Source of the DNA: Candidatus Dojkabacteria bacterium
Lineage (GTDB): Bacteria; Patescibacteriota; Dojkabacteria; B142; JAFGMG01
Length of the DNA stretch: 64,000 nucleotides
NCBI GenBank assembly: GCA_016927655.1
Contig: JAFGMG010000012.1
Span: forward strand, 42,618-106,617
Reading direction: 5' to 3'
The position numbers were made by a program, and so were the translations under genes. The stretch's first letter is position 1. Every line of letters starts with the position of its first letter. The notes beneath the pieces are model-generated. The model saw only the letters and a list, made by a program, of their open reading frames with translations. It was not told the origin of the DNA and did no database searches. Below, piece by piece: positions 28,681 to 38,116 of this stretch.

Positions 28681-29226
28681 ATGAAACGCTATTATGGGTT
28701 TTGGCTGCTTTTTGATTCCTCAACAAAAAAAAACTTGCGGCCAATTATTCAAACTTTAAGCAATAAATTCCTAGGTGGAGAAGTATTCGAGCCGCATATA
28801 TCAGTAAATTATCCTTCTTATTGCGAATTAAAAGATATTGTATTAAAAATTGAAGAAAACTTTATTAATCAGAAACAATTTACAGTCAATACTGAAGGGA
28901 TTGGAATGGAAGATACATGGTCAAAAACTTTGTATGTAAATATTAAAATGCAAAAAGAATTGATTAATATTAATAATAAACTAAAACAAATCTTTCCAAG
29001 AAAAGAAACTCCGAATGAGCAATTCCATCCACACATGAGTTTATTGTACAAACAAGGGTTGAGAGAAAAAGATAAAGTACTCTCTATCGAAAATATTTCT
29101 ATCCCTAAAAGATTACAAATAACTTCTCTTGCAATAATTGATCCTGGTATTGATAATGATAACTGGAAAGATTTCACACAATGGAAAATCCCATATAAGA
29201 TTGACTTTAATCATCCCACCACATAA
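28681..29226 (+). CDS. 2H phosphoesterase family protein (LigT / 2'-5' RNA ligase / cyclic phosphodiesterase-like)
   Basis: Two H-x-S/T-x motifs (FEPHISV, FHPHMSLLY) at the spacing typical of the 2H superfamily. Start set at MKRYYGF (28681), after the tRNA. Confidence 0.55.
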   Translation: MKRYYGFWLLFDSSTKKNLRPIIQTLSNKFLGGEVFEPHISVNYPSYCELKDIVLKIEENFINQKQFTVNTEGIGMEDTWSKTLYVNIKMQKELININNKLKQIFPRKETPNEQFHPHMSLLYKQGLREKDKVLSIENISIPKRLQITSLAIIDPGIDNDNWKDFTQWKIPYKIDFNHPTT

Positions 29227-30371
29227 AGCTCCTCCTGCGCTCTGGTAACTCCTGTGTAGAGCCAGCGCCTGAACATCTCATCATCCATCTGTGGAAAGCG
29301 TTCTTCGAAGAGTATAACTCTTTTTGCCTGGGAGCCCTGGGCTTTGTGAACTGTTAGAGCGTAACCGAAATCAAAAAGGTCTGAATCAATAGTTTTTCTT
29401 CTGTCAGTTCCCATATTCATTGGAGTCTGCGAATGAAATTGTTCTTTCAAAATTTCTCCTTTATAGAACTGATCGTAGTCTTCAAAATCAACTTCAGCAA
29501 GAAAATGTCTCTCCCCAAGACTCTCAATAGATTTCAAAGTCCCCGCCATCCCATTAAAAATCTGCATTTTGTGGTTATTTCGAAGACATATCACCCGATC
29601 TCCGGATTGCGGTTCTAAAGAATGAATATCCAGCAGGCTGCGAATGTACTTATTAAGTTCAACCCGGGTTCTATTGAAACCGCAAAGAACCATAGTATCG
29701 CTATCAAAACTGCAAAACAGATCTTCAATCAACTCGCCGGATTCACTATCAGCCCTGCTCAGTTTTCTTACTTTGTTTGAGAAATCACCAATTGGGATTT
29801 CTCCATTTTTCCTGACTTGTACAGATAGCTGAATGATTGGATTGTCTTTCGCCTGCCGGTGGATTTCCTCAAGTTTTAATAAAGGCTTTTCCATTAGATT
29901 GAAATTTGTCCCAACCGGAGGCAGCTGGCCATGATCTCCTACTGCAATAATTGGCACTTTGAAACTTAAGAGGTCCTGCCAGATTTCGCGCGTGACCATC
30001 GAAGCTTCATCAACCACAATAATATCCGCCTTCAGGTCATCTTTTTTCTCCCAGCCAATGATTTCCTGCGTTCGTGAATCTTCAATTGGAGAGTAAATCA
30101 AAGAGTGAATGGTTCCGGTAAAATCGCCTTTGAATTTTGCTTTCTGTTCCCTAATAGAATTATCCAAGACTCTTGCGGCTTTGCCCGTAAAACTGACAAA
30201 TGCCCACTTGGATTTCTCATCTTTTTTACGAGCCATTCTTCTAAGCAGCCCAATCAGAGTTGTCTTTCCTGTCCCGGCAAAGCCGCCAAGTGTAATAAAT
30301 CCCCCTTGTGGTTTTGCTGCCCATGAAAGTAATGCATCCAATGCGAATTTTTGATCATTTGATAGTTGCAT
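29211..30371 (-). CDS. RecD/Dda-like SF1B DNA helicase
   Basis: Walker A GGFAGTGKTTLIGLL, Walker B IIVVDEASMV, and C-terminal ALTVHKAQGSQ...TRAQEEL motifs. Start set at MQLSNDQKF. Confidence 0.78.
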   Translation of the reverse strand: MQLSNDQKFALDALLSWAAKPQGGFITLGGFAGTGKTTLIGLLRRMARKKDEKSKWAFVSFTGKAARVLDNSIREQKAKFKGDFTGTIHSLIYSPIEDSRTQEIIGWEKKDDLKADIIVVDEASMVTREIWQDLLSFKVPIIAVGDHGQLPPVGTNFNLMEKPLLKLEEIHRQAKDNPIIQLSVQVRKNGEIPIGDFSNKVRKLSRADSESGELIEDLFCSFDSDTMVLCGFNRTRVELNKYIRSLLDIHSLEPQSGDRVICLRNNHKMQIFNGMAGTLKSIESLGERHFLAEVDFEDYDQFYKGEILKEQFHSQTPMNMGTDRRKTIDSDLFDFGYALTVHKAQGSQAKRVILFEERFPQMDDEMFRRWLYTGVTRAQEELYVVG

Positions 30372-30379
30372 AGTAGTTT

Positions 30380-31654
30380 CTAATTTATACTCCCAGCCAC
30401 AAAGCCGCTGCTCCACGCCCACTGAAGGTTGTAGCCGCCGCATTCACCATCTATATCAAGGACTTCACCACAGAAGAATAATCCAGGCTGAAGTTTTGAT
30501 TCGAGTGTCGCAGGGTTAACTTCTTTTGTATCAACTCCACCCGCTGTGAAATGCGCTTCTTCAAAGCCGCGAACCGAATCGACTTGAAAAGTAAGACCGG
30601 TCAAAAGCTCTGCGATTTTGGATCTCAATTCCTTGTTAATCTCTGCGACTTTTTTGCTTGGATCCATTCCTGCTGTTTCCAAAATCGCAGGAAACACTTT
30701 CTTCGGTAATACTCCAATCAATGAAAAACCAAGGGTGCGATTTGGACTGTTGGTCCAGATGCGCTGAATCATTTCTTCGACCTCCCTGGCATTTTTTCCA
30801 GGAAAAAAATTCAAGCTGATCTCTGCTTTTTTTTCATTCAGGAAAAATTCTCTTGCAATTTCCCGGCTGATTTCCAGAATTCCAGGCGCAGACAAACCGT
30901 AATGAGCAAACATTACAGTCCCGGTGTTTTCTGCTATCACTTCACTACCAATCCTTGCTGTGATAGCAGCTTCCAATTTTGTTCCCTGCAGAATATGCAG
31001 CAGGGGGAAATTTTTAGAATCAGATTCCTTCGTAATATTTAAGCCTGAATAAACAGGGAATGTTTCTATAATCTTGTGCCCGAATTGCCTTGCAAATTCA
31101 TAACCATCCCCAGTAGATCCTGTTTGTTCATGAGTTTTGCCGCCAGTAGCAATTATTAATTTCGAAGTCCCGAAAACCCGTCCATCTGATATTTTAACTG
31201 CAAATTTATTATTTCCAATTTTTTTTATCTCTTTAACTCCCGCTCCATTTATCAATTTTATATTTAATTCCCGGAGTTCGTATTCAAGCACATCAACTAC
31301 TGACTGAGCCTGATTGCCAGCAGGAAACATACGCCCATTATCCTCCTCGACAAATTTGACACCGAGATTTTCGAAAAATTCCTTTGTCTCTTCATAGCCG
31401 AATTTATTGAAAACAGACATAACAAATTTCGGATTATTGCCAAAATAGTGTTTTACCTGCCTTTTATCTTCTTTGGCAAACTTATTCGAGATATTGCACC
31501 TCCCATTTCCGGTAAGTAGAATTTTCTTCCCAAGCTTCTCTTTTTTCTCCAGCAGGACGACTTTCCTGCCAGTTCTAGCAGCTGTAATCGCAGCCATGAT
31601 TCCGGATGCCCCGCCGCCAATAATTACAGTTTCATATTGTAGTAATTTTTCCAT
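30380..31654 (-). CDS. HI0933/BaiN-like FAD-dependent oxidoreductase
   Basis: VIIGGGASGIMAAITAARTGRKVVLLEKKEKLGKKILLTGNGRCNISN. Confidence 0.78.
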   Translation of the reverse strand: MEKLLQYETVIIGGGASGIMAAITAARTGRKVVLLEKKEKLGKKILLTGNGRCNISNKFAKEDKRQVKHYFGNNPKFVMSVFNKFGYEETKEFFENLGVKFVEEDNGRMFPAGNQAQSVVDVLEYELRELNIKLINGAGVKEIKKIGNNKFAVKISDGRVFGTSKLIIATGGKTHEQTGSTGDGYEFARQFGHKIIETFPVYSGLNITKESDSKNFPLLHILQGTKLEAAITARIGSEVIAENTGTVMFAHYGLSAPGILEISREIAREFFLNEKKAEISLNFFPGKNAREVEEMIQRIWTNSPNRTLGFSLIGVLPKKVFPAILETAGMDPSKKVAEINKELRSKIAELLTGLTFQVDSVRGFEEAHFTAGGVDTKEVNPATLESKLQPGLFFCGEVLDIDGECGGYNLQWAWSSGFVAGSIN

Positions 31655-31722
31655 AGAAGTATTATATCATTCTTGATTTTGCTTAACTATTATGGCAAAT
31701 TGATACTGGTTAAATATTAATT

Positions 31723-32514
31723 ATGACAAAGTCAAATCGGAAGCAAAAAAAACTTGCTCTCTCACTTCGAGGCGGCGGGGCAAGGTGTGCGGCGTATCTT
31801 GGAGCCCTTAGAGCTTTTGAAGAAAATGATATCAAAATTGACATGATCACAGGTGCAAGCGGCGGAGCAATCACTGGCGGATCGTACGCTGCTGGAAAGA
31901 GTATTGATGAGATTATAGAGCATTTTAAAAATATTAAATACTCAAAGTATATTGGCCTAGATTCATTAAAAAATATCTCAATAGCAAGCGAAGACAAATC
32001 AATAGAATATGCAAAAGAACTAGTCGGCGACATGCGAATTGAGTCAACAAAGATTAAATTCTGGCCCCAGGTGACAAGGATATTAACCGGTGATGTGGAA
32101 TACCTAGCAACCGGCTCGCTTGCTGAATCAGCTGTTGCTTCATCTGCAGCCCCTGGATTTATGAAACCAGTTACAATTAAAAACAAAAAATATATTGACG
32201 GGGATATTTCCGGAGGTTTTGGAGCAGAGTTCCTCAGAAATAACGGCGCAGATATTGTAATTGGGCTCGCAGTGGGAGAATTCAAGTTCTTTGAAAATTA
32301 CGATACAACATTGGATAAGCTTCTCCTTCCTTTTAATATCATGCTTTACAGAATCAAGAATCTGGACCTGAAACTAAATCCTGTTGATTTTCTGATAGAT
32401 GGTATGGGCTTGGAGTATGGCTTTTTTGATTTCAAAAAAGCCCAGGAAATAGCGGAACATGGGTACGAAATGACTATGGAAAAAATTCCTGAAATAAAAG
32501 CCCTGCTATTCTAA
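31723..32514 (+). CDS. Patatin-like phospholipase
   Basis: Oxyanion GGGARCAAYLG and nucleophile elbow GASGG. Confidence 0.68.
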   Translation: MTKSNRKQKKLALSLRGGGARCAAYLGALRAFEENDIKIDMITGASGGAITGGSYAAGKSIDEIIEHFKNIKYSKYIGLDSLKNISIASEDKSIEYAKELVGDMRIESTKIKFWPQVTRILTGDVEYLATGSLAESAVASSAAPGFMKPVTIKNKKYIDGDISGGFGAEFLRNNGADIVIGLAVGEFKFFENYDTTLDKLLLPFNIMLYRIKNLDLKLNPVDFLIDGMGLEYGFFDFKKAQEIAEHGYEMTMEKIPEIKALLF

Positions 32515-34244
32515 TCCTTCAGCTCACCTGTCTGCAGGTTCCACAGACCATTATAAAGCCCGCCCTTTTTGGCTGAAAGTTCTGTGTGAGTACCTTCCTC
32601 GAATATCTCCCCATCTTTAAGCACAATTATCCTGTCTGCTTTTCTGATAGTTGAAAGCCTATGTGCAATCACAATAGTAGTTTTATCTTCCGCAATTTCC
32701 CAAAATGCTTGCTGAATAGCTTTTTCAGACTCGGAATCCAGCTGGCTCGTAGCTTCATCAAAAACTACGATCGGCGGGTTTTCAAGAATCGTTCTTGCAA
32801 TCGCCAGTCTCTGTCTTTGTCCGCCCGATAATTTGATCCCGCGCTCTCCTACTAATGTGTCATATTTCTCAGGCAGCCGCTCTATAAATTCATCCAGATT
32901 CGCTAATTTTGCAGCATTTTTGATCTCCTTCAAACTCGCATTCTCTTTCGCGTAGCCGATATTAAATCTTATAGTATCATTAAACATCATTGTGTCTTGA
33001 GGAACAATTCCGATTGCTTTTCTCAAACTTTCCTTCGTTAGATTTTTGATATTCTTCCCGTCAATTAATATTTCCCCGCTTGTTACGTCATAAAATCTCA
33101 ATAATAATTTCACGAGAGTCGATTTGCCGGCTCCGGAAACTCCAACCAGAGCGACAGATTCATTTGGTTTGATATCCAGATTAAAATTGCTGATTACCTT
33201 TTCTCTTTCTCTGTACTGAAAATTTACATTTTTGTATTCAATATGCCCCTTTACATTCTTCAGGATTTCGGCATCCGGCTCTTCGACAATCTCGGTCTTC
33301 TCGTCTAGAACTTCAAGATACTTTTCAAAATCAGTCTGATTTTTTGTCAATTCCCTAAATCTAAAAATCACCTCTCCAAGACGCGGGAAAAATGAAATCG
33401 AAAGAGTAACAACCAAAGCAAATTCTCCCACGCTCATTGTGCCGGCAAGAAGCTGTTCTCTGCTGACTAACATCAGAAGTGTCACACTCACAGTGATCAG
33501 AATTCCGATCCAGAGTTCAATTACTCTAAACGAATTAGCATAGCTCCAGATTGCTTTTGTCCAGTTATCATACTGATTGGTTAACCGTTTTTGCTCTAGA
33601 TTTTCATTCCCGAAATATTTCACTGTATCATAATTAATCATATTATCAGCAATTATTCCAGTGATATTGTCTTCCTGTCTGTTCAGCTCTCTTCTGGTCC
33701 GCATATTTATTTTTATCAAGACATATGTAAAGCCAAGATTTAATACAAACCCGACTAAAATTATTATCATTAAAATCGGGCTGACCAGAAAGAATGCCAC
33801 AGCAGTAAATATCAGATCGATCAACACACGCAGCAGATTTCTCTCAATTTCGATATTGTAGCTCCAAAAGGCATTCTCACCTCTTCGCATCATAGAAATC
33901 AATGAACCGCTTCTTTTATTTGTGTGATAAAAAACATCAAGTTCGTGAAGTTTTCTAAAAATATCAAGTTTCATGTCTCTATTTGCATTGATCATATATT
34001 TATCATGGATCAAATTTCCCAAAGGGCCGATCAGCGTAGAGAAAATCTGCGGAAGAGCAAATAGCAAAACATAGAAAAGCATCTTCGAATAATCTCCCTC
34101 CCCCACTGCATTAAAAATATATTTGGTCATATAATACGCTGTATTGTCTGCAATCCTAGCCAGAGCCAGAAGCAGCATACCGATAAAAAAACTGTATTTG
34201 TAACGTTTGATATATTTTAGAGAGAAACGGATGATACGTCTCAT
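32511..34244 (-). CDS. ABC exporter, fused permease/ATPase (MsbA-like)
   Basis: Six-TM N-terminal half; Walker A GVSGAGKST, signature LSGGQRQR, Walker B IVVFDEATS. Confidence 0.85.
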   Translation of the reverse strand: MRRIIRFSLKYIKRYKYSFFIGMLLLALARIADNTAYYMTKYIFNAVGEGDYSKMLFYVLLFALPQIFSTLIGPLGNLIHDKYMINANRDMKLDIFRKLHELDVFYHTNKRSGSLISMMRRGENAFWSYNIEIERNLLRVLIDLIFTAVAFFLVSPILMIIILVGFVLNLGFTYVLIKINMRTRRELNRQEDNITGIIADNMINYDTVKYFGNENLEQKRLTNQYDNWTKAIWSYANSFRVIELWIGILITVSVTLLMLVSREQLLAGTMSVGEFALVVTLSISFFPRLGEVIFRFRELTKNQTDFEKYLEVLDEKTEIVEEPDAEILKNVKGHIEYKNVNFQYREREKVISNFNLDIKPNESVALVGVSGAGKSTLVKLLLRFYDVTSGEILIDGKNIKNLTKESLRKAIGIVPQDTMMFNDTIRFNIGYAKENASLKEIKNAAKLANLDEFIERLPEKYDTLVGERGIKLSGGQRQRLAIARTILENPPIVVFDEATSQLDSESEKAIQQAFWEIAEDKTTIVIAHRLSTIRKADRIIVLKDGEIFEEGTHTELSAKKGGLYNGLWNLQTGELKD

Positions 34245-34608
34245 GATATTTTCGGAAAAAATTCGCCATCATTGTAGCATAGCTTTTATGCCTAGGCTAT
34301 ATACTTTAAGCTAATTTTTCCACCTCTGCTTTAAGATCAAAGACAATAGCATTGATTCTGCTAAGCGTCTCGTATAGTTTGTCCCGTTCATTTGCATTTA
34401 GAGAAGTCCTGGCTATTTGCAAAAGCCGATCTGTATGCCCGATAATTTCAATTGCCTTGTCTGTTATAGAATCGTTTATTGACATAATTGGATGGGTAAA
34501 AAATAAAATAATTAAGAAGTGTTAATATATCAGAGTATAGAATTTAGTTCATGGAAAATAGATAACAATTCTATTCATATAGAAGAAGTTTCAGTATATA
34601 GTTAAATC

Positions 34609-35211
34609 ATGAACAAAGACAATACAATCGGGATACAAATTAAAAAAGCCAGAACTGAAAACGGACTCTCACAAGAAGAGCTGGGAGAGAAAATCGGCGT
34701 AACCTGGGAAATGATCAGCAGATATGAAAATGGCAGAAGCAGTCCTTCAAGACATTTAGATAAACTGGCTAAAGTATTGGGTAAATCTGTCGCATATCTT
34801 TATGGACAGGATACTGACCCGATTAAGTATAACGTTGAAAAAATCGCCAGTGCACTTCGCGAACAAGGAATTGGCTACGAGAGAAAAGCTAATGAGGTCG
34901 TTCTCGTAGATGATATCGCTATTCTTGGATTTGAAAGAAGCCTGAAATTAACCAGACAGTATTACAATGCTCCTGAATGGCTTTTGGAAAAATATGGGGA
35001 TGTTTTTGCATTAAGACTAAATAGTATACTGCCTGATGAATTGGACACAAATGAAGGCGATATTGGATTTTTCTCCACAAGTTTGAAACCAACTACAGGA
35101 GACATAGTTCTTGCTTATTCCGGGAAAAAATATTCACTTAAGAAATTCTCATTAAAGTTAAAAGGCGAGGTCCTCGCCGTACTTCTTGTGCAGGAGAAGA
35201 GATTTAGATAG
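34609..35211 (+). CDS. XRE-family HTH repressor with C-terminal LexA/CI-like (S24-like) domain
   Basis: HTH LSQEELGEKIGVTWEMISRYENGRSSPS. C-terminal GDIGFFS...TTGDIVLA resembles the S24 fold. Confidence 0.5.
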   Translation: MNKDNTIGIQIKKARTENGLSQEELGEKIGVTWEMISRYENGRSSPSRHLDKLAKVLGKSVAYLYGQDTDPIKYNVEKIASALREQGIGYERKANEVVLVDDIAILGFERSLKLTRQYYNAPEWLLEKYGDVFALRLNSILPDELDTNEGDIGFFSTSLKPTTGDIVLAYSGKKYSLKKFSLKLKGEVLAVLLVQEKRFR

Positions 35212-35219
35212 AACTTTAT

Positions 35220-35516
35220 TCAAAGGTCTACTTCAATTTCTAACTTACAATCCAGCGCTTCAACTACTTGCAATAAGCTATCCAGTTTTACGGGTTTGCC
35301 ATTTTCGATTTTTGATAGGGTTTTCAGGTTTACCTTGGCTTTCTTTGCTAGTAACTTGGCAGACATTTCTCTCTCTATTCGCCGAAGACTTTTGATTTTT
35401 ACTGCGATTTCCATTCGTCTAGCCTTGGCATTGGTTTTTACCCGATCATTTTTTGATAGCAGATTATATTTAAATCTTTGTGTTGAGAGATCTCTTTCCA
35501 TAAGTTTTCCAAACAT
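35220..35516 (-). CDS. Small XRE-family HTH protein (Cro-like), paralog of 6650..6919
   Basis: ...KIENGKPVKLDSLLQVVEALDCKLEIEV aligns with ...KLERGEPVKLESLLKVLDVLQYEIEF. Confidence 0.55.
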   Translation of the reverse strand: MFGKLMERDLSTQRFKYNLLSKNDRVKTNAKARRMEIAVKIKSLRRIEREMSAKLLAKKAKVNLKTLSKIENGKPVKLDSLLQVVEALDCKLEIEVDL

Positions 35517-35678
35517 TACTCTTCGGTAATGCTGACCAATTATTGGCCGATTCTATCACCAGGATCCTTTGTCTGGCAAACCTTCACAAGCACGCAAGGA
35601 TGCATTCACCGATCGACATTACCTAAAGGTAATTTTCTAAATTCATGTAAAAGCGATCACCTTGCAGGCTCGCATGCC

Positions 35679-36812
35679 CTATTTGTCGCTTAGGACGAGG
35701 AAATATATCCGCCTTTTGATCCTAGCTTTGTCAGGAGTGTCATACTCGATTGGACTATGGGTTGTTTCAAATCCGTACTTCTTAATAAATCCTGTCTCTA
35801 CTTCTACAGTTCTGCCATCATATGTCTCGAAAAACGGAATAATGCAGACAACCGGAGCCCCTTTTGTTAAATTTTCCGCTAGATTTGCAAATACAGCACT
35901 GTACAGAAGTGACAATTCAGAACTTATTTTTTTAGCCTTTTCATAGTTTGGCAGTTTTTCCATAAAAGGGCCCATATATGGCTCGAAAACACATGCATCA
36001 GCCTGAAATGTTGCCGTTTGGGCATCTTCGCAGATTAGTTTACAATTCTTCTGAAGGTTAAAGCTTTTTTTTGCCCAATTTGTATTAGCAAGCGAAGCGT
36101 CAATCATTCTCTGCTCATTATCTATTCCAATCACATCAAATCCTGCAAACATTCCCTCTATTAGAAACGTTCCAATCCCGCAAAACGGATCTACAAGTGT
36201 TTTCGAGCCATCAAGTCCCAAGCAATTGACCATCATGCGTGCCAGCCGAAAAGACGTCCCTCTTGTAAATTCCTGCTTGGGGCGTTTATTATCCAGCTCC
36301 TCAAATATTTCAGAGTCGCCGCATGCGATTGTCTTTGCAAAATAGTAATTACCATCTTCTTTTAATAAAAACAATTCAAACCCTTCGGAAAGATTCCATG
36401 ATTTGAAATTTGCCGGACTCGCTATCCAATCGTCTGGTCTTTTTTCAACACCTCGAATTTTAAACTTCTTCTGCAATTTTTTAAGAATCCCACGAACTTG
36501 ATTGAGTTCATCCTCCCCACAGTTGACCCCACTAATTGCATAATTGAAATTTTTCTCAAAATAGAAGCCAAGCTTTTCAATTTGCTCCTCAGTTATTTCT
36601 GATGAAGCGGCGAAAAACTCCGCAATTCTCACAGTCCCGCCAAGCCTTTTTATAAGTTTCTTCACATCAACATCCTCTCCAAACTCAACAACCTGATAAT
36701 CCCCTTTCTCAAAAGCCACACTGAAGGCAAAGCTCTGCGATCCACAATATTTTTCAAATTCAATTTTTCCGAGTTCGGCATCTCTGCCATAGATTACCAA
36801 ATGCATTGTCAC
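35679..36812 (-). CDS. THUMP-domain RNA methyltransferase (Trm11/RlmL-like N2-guanine/N6-adenine class)
   Basis: Motif I DPFCGIGTF and DPPY-like FEPYMGP; N-terminal THUMP-like region. Confidence 0.6.
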   Translation of the reverse strand: MTMHLVIYGRDAELGKIEFEKYCGSQSFAFSVAFEKGDYQVVEFGEDVDVKKLIKRLGGTVRIAEFFAASSEITEEQIEKLGFYFEKNFNYAISGVNCGEDELNQVRGILKKLQKKFKIRGVEKRPDDWIASPANFKSWNLSEGFELFLLKEDGNYYFAKTIACGDSEIFEELDNKRPKQEFTRGTSFRLARMMVNCLGLDGSKTLVDPFCGIGTFLIEGMFAGFDVIGIDNEQRMIDASLANTNWAKKSFNLQKNCKLICEDAQTATFQADACVFEPYMGPFMEKLPNYEKAKKISSELSLLYSAVFANLAENLTKGAPVVCIIPFFETYDGRTVEVETGFIKKYGFETTHSPIEYDTPDKARIKRRIYFLVLSDK

Positions 36813-36865
36813 TGGTATAAATTTATGATTTAATCTGATTGTAACAGTTTATAAATCTTTTTAAA

Positions 36866-37450
36866 ATGCTGGATTTCTCTGATTCATTCATTAGAAAATA
36901 TATCAATTTCCTGTCTTTATATATTTTCCTTGCTGGTAACATAATCCTTATACTGCTACTGCTGCCAGGAGATATTGACATCACAAAAGTGGAAATAAGC
37001 AAACTCGGAGTTTCAGAAAAGTACGGCACTATTTTCAATATGCTTTTTATGTTTTGCGGCCTGCTCGAAGTTGGGTTTGCATATTTGATTATCAAAAGAT
37101 TTAAATTCAACTTTTACGAGTCCCTATTTTTTCTCACACCCTGGGTACTGACTTTTGGTATTGGTTTTTTCAATCTTGATTCAAATGAAACGCTGCACAA
37201 ATTTTCCGCTTACTCATTTGCTATTACCTGGATATTCATGCAACTAGTCATGATTATCAAATTCTACTCAAAGCGATTCAAAAATATTACCTTAGCTACA
37301 ATATTCTTCCAGCTGCTAACAGGAGTGGTTTTTCTACTCTATTATGGAAAAATTAACGGCGTTTTTGAGATGACCTACATGACTTTTGTATATTTTTGGG
37401 CTTTCTATATGCTGATGACACTCAAGCGCAAATTATCCAACAAGGCTTGA
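36866..37450 (+). CDS. Multi-pass membrane protein (hypothetical)
   Basis: 194 aa with five or six hydrophobic helices. Confidence 0.45.
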   Translation: MLDFSDSFIRKYINFLSLYIFLAGNIILILLLLPGDIDITKVEISKLGVSEKYGTIFNMLFMFCGLLEVGFAYLIIKRFKFNFYESLFFLTPWVLTFGIGFFNLDSNETLHKFSAYSFAITWIFMQLVMIIKFYSKRFKNITLATIFFQLLTGVVFLLYYGKINGVFEMTYMTFVYFWAFYMLMTLKRKLSNKA

Positions 37451-38067
37451 ACCGATTCGTCATTTATTTCTTCAGGTTTGATCTCACATTTTTCGAATAT
37501 TTGATTTTCGATTTTCTGCCAATATCCTACCAACTCGTCAAACTTATCTACTTCAGTTAAGTGTTTAAAGTGATTTCTTTTCTTATATCGGTCTCTCGAT
37601 TTATGGTGCCTCTCTTCCATTGATTTGATCCCGTCAATGTCCACCCTTTGATCCGAATACCTTGAAATCTTTGCATTAAAATTCTCCGATTCTGCCGTTT
37701 TGTTACCATTCGCAAATCCCCAATCCCTTAGAATCTCCATCACATCCTCTCCAACTCCGATCTCCTTTGCTATCTGAAATGTTGCTTTGTGTTCATCTTC
37801 TCCATATTTCAAGATAAATTCATCTTGAACTCCTTTCCAATACTCATATCCTTCCGGCTTTAAATGTTCAGGATAGAGTTGCAAATTAAATTTAATAATA
37901 TTTCCCATGTCATGCAGCAAACAAGACGTGATTATGATCGTCTCATCAAGACCAGAAGGAGCTTTGAAATTATCAACTATCTGCTTAGCAACCGCGGCAA
38001 CTCTTAGCTGGTGCTCTTGCAGCTGCGGAGGAATTTTGTATTTTTTATAAATTTCTGCAATTTTCAT
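37405..38067 (-). CDS. HD-domain phosphohydrolase
   Basis: H...LLHDMGN motif. Confidence 0.55.
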   Translation of the reverse strand: MKIAEIYKKYKIPPQLQEHQLRVAAVAKQIVDNFKAPSGLDETIIITSCLLHDMGNIIKFNLQLYPEHLKPEGYEYWKGVQDEFILKYGEDEHKATFQIAKEIGVGEDVMEILRDWGFANGNKTAESENFNAKISRYSDQRVDIDGIKSMEERHHKSRDRYKKRNHFKHLTEVDKFDELVGYWQKIENQIFEKCEIKPEEINDESVQALLDNLRLSVISI

Positions 38068-38116
38068 GCGATAATTATACTTGTTTTTGAAATCAAACTA
38101 AATTAAGATATTTTGT

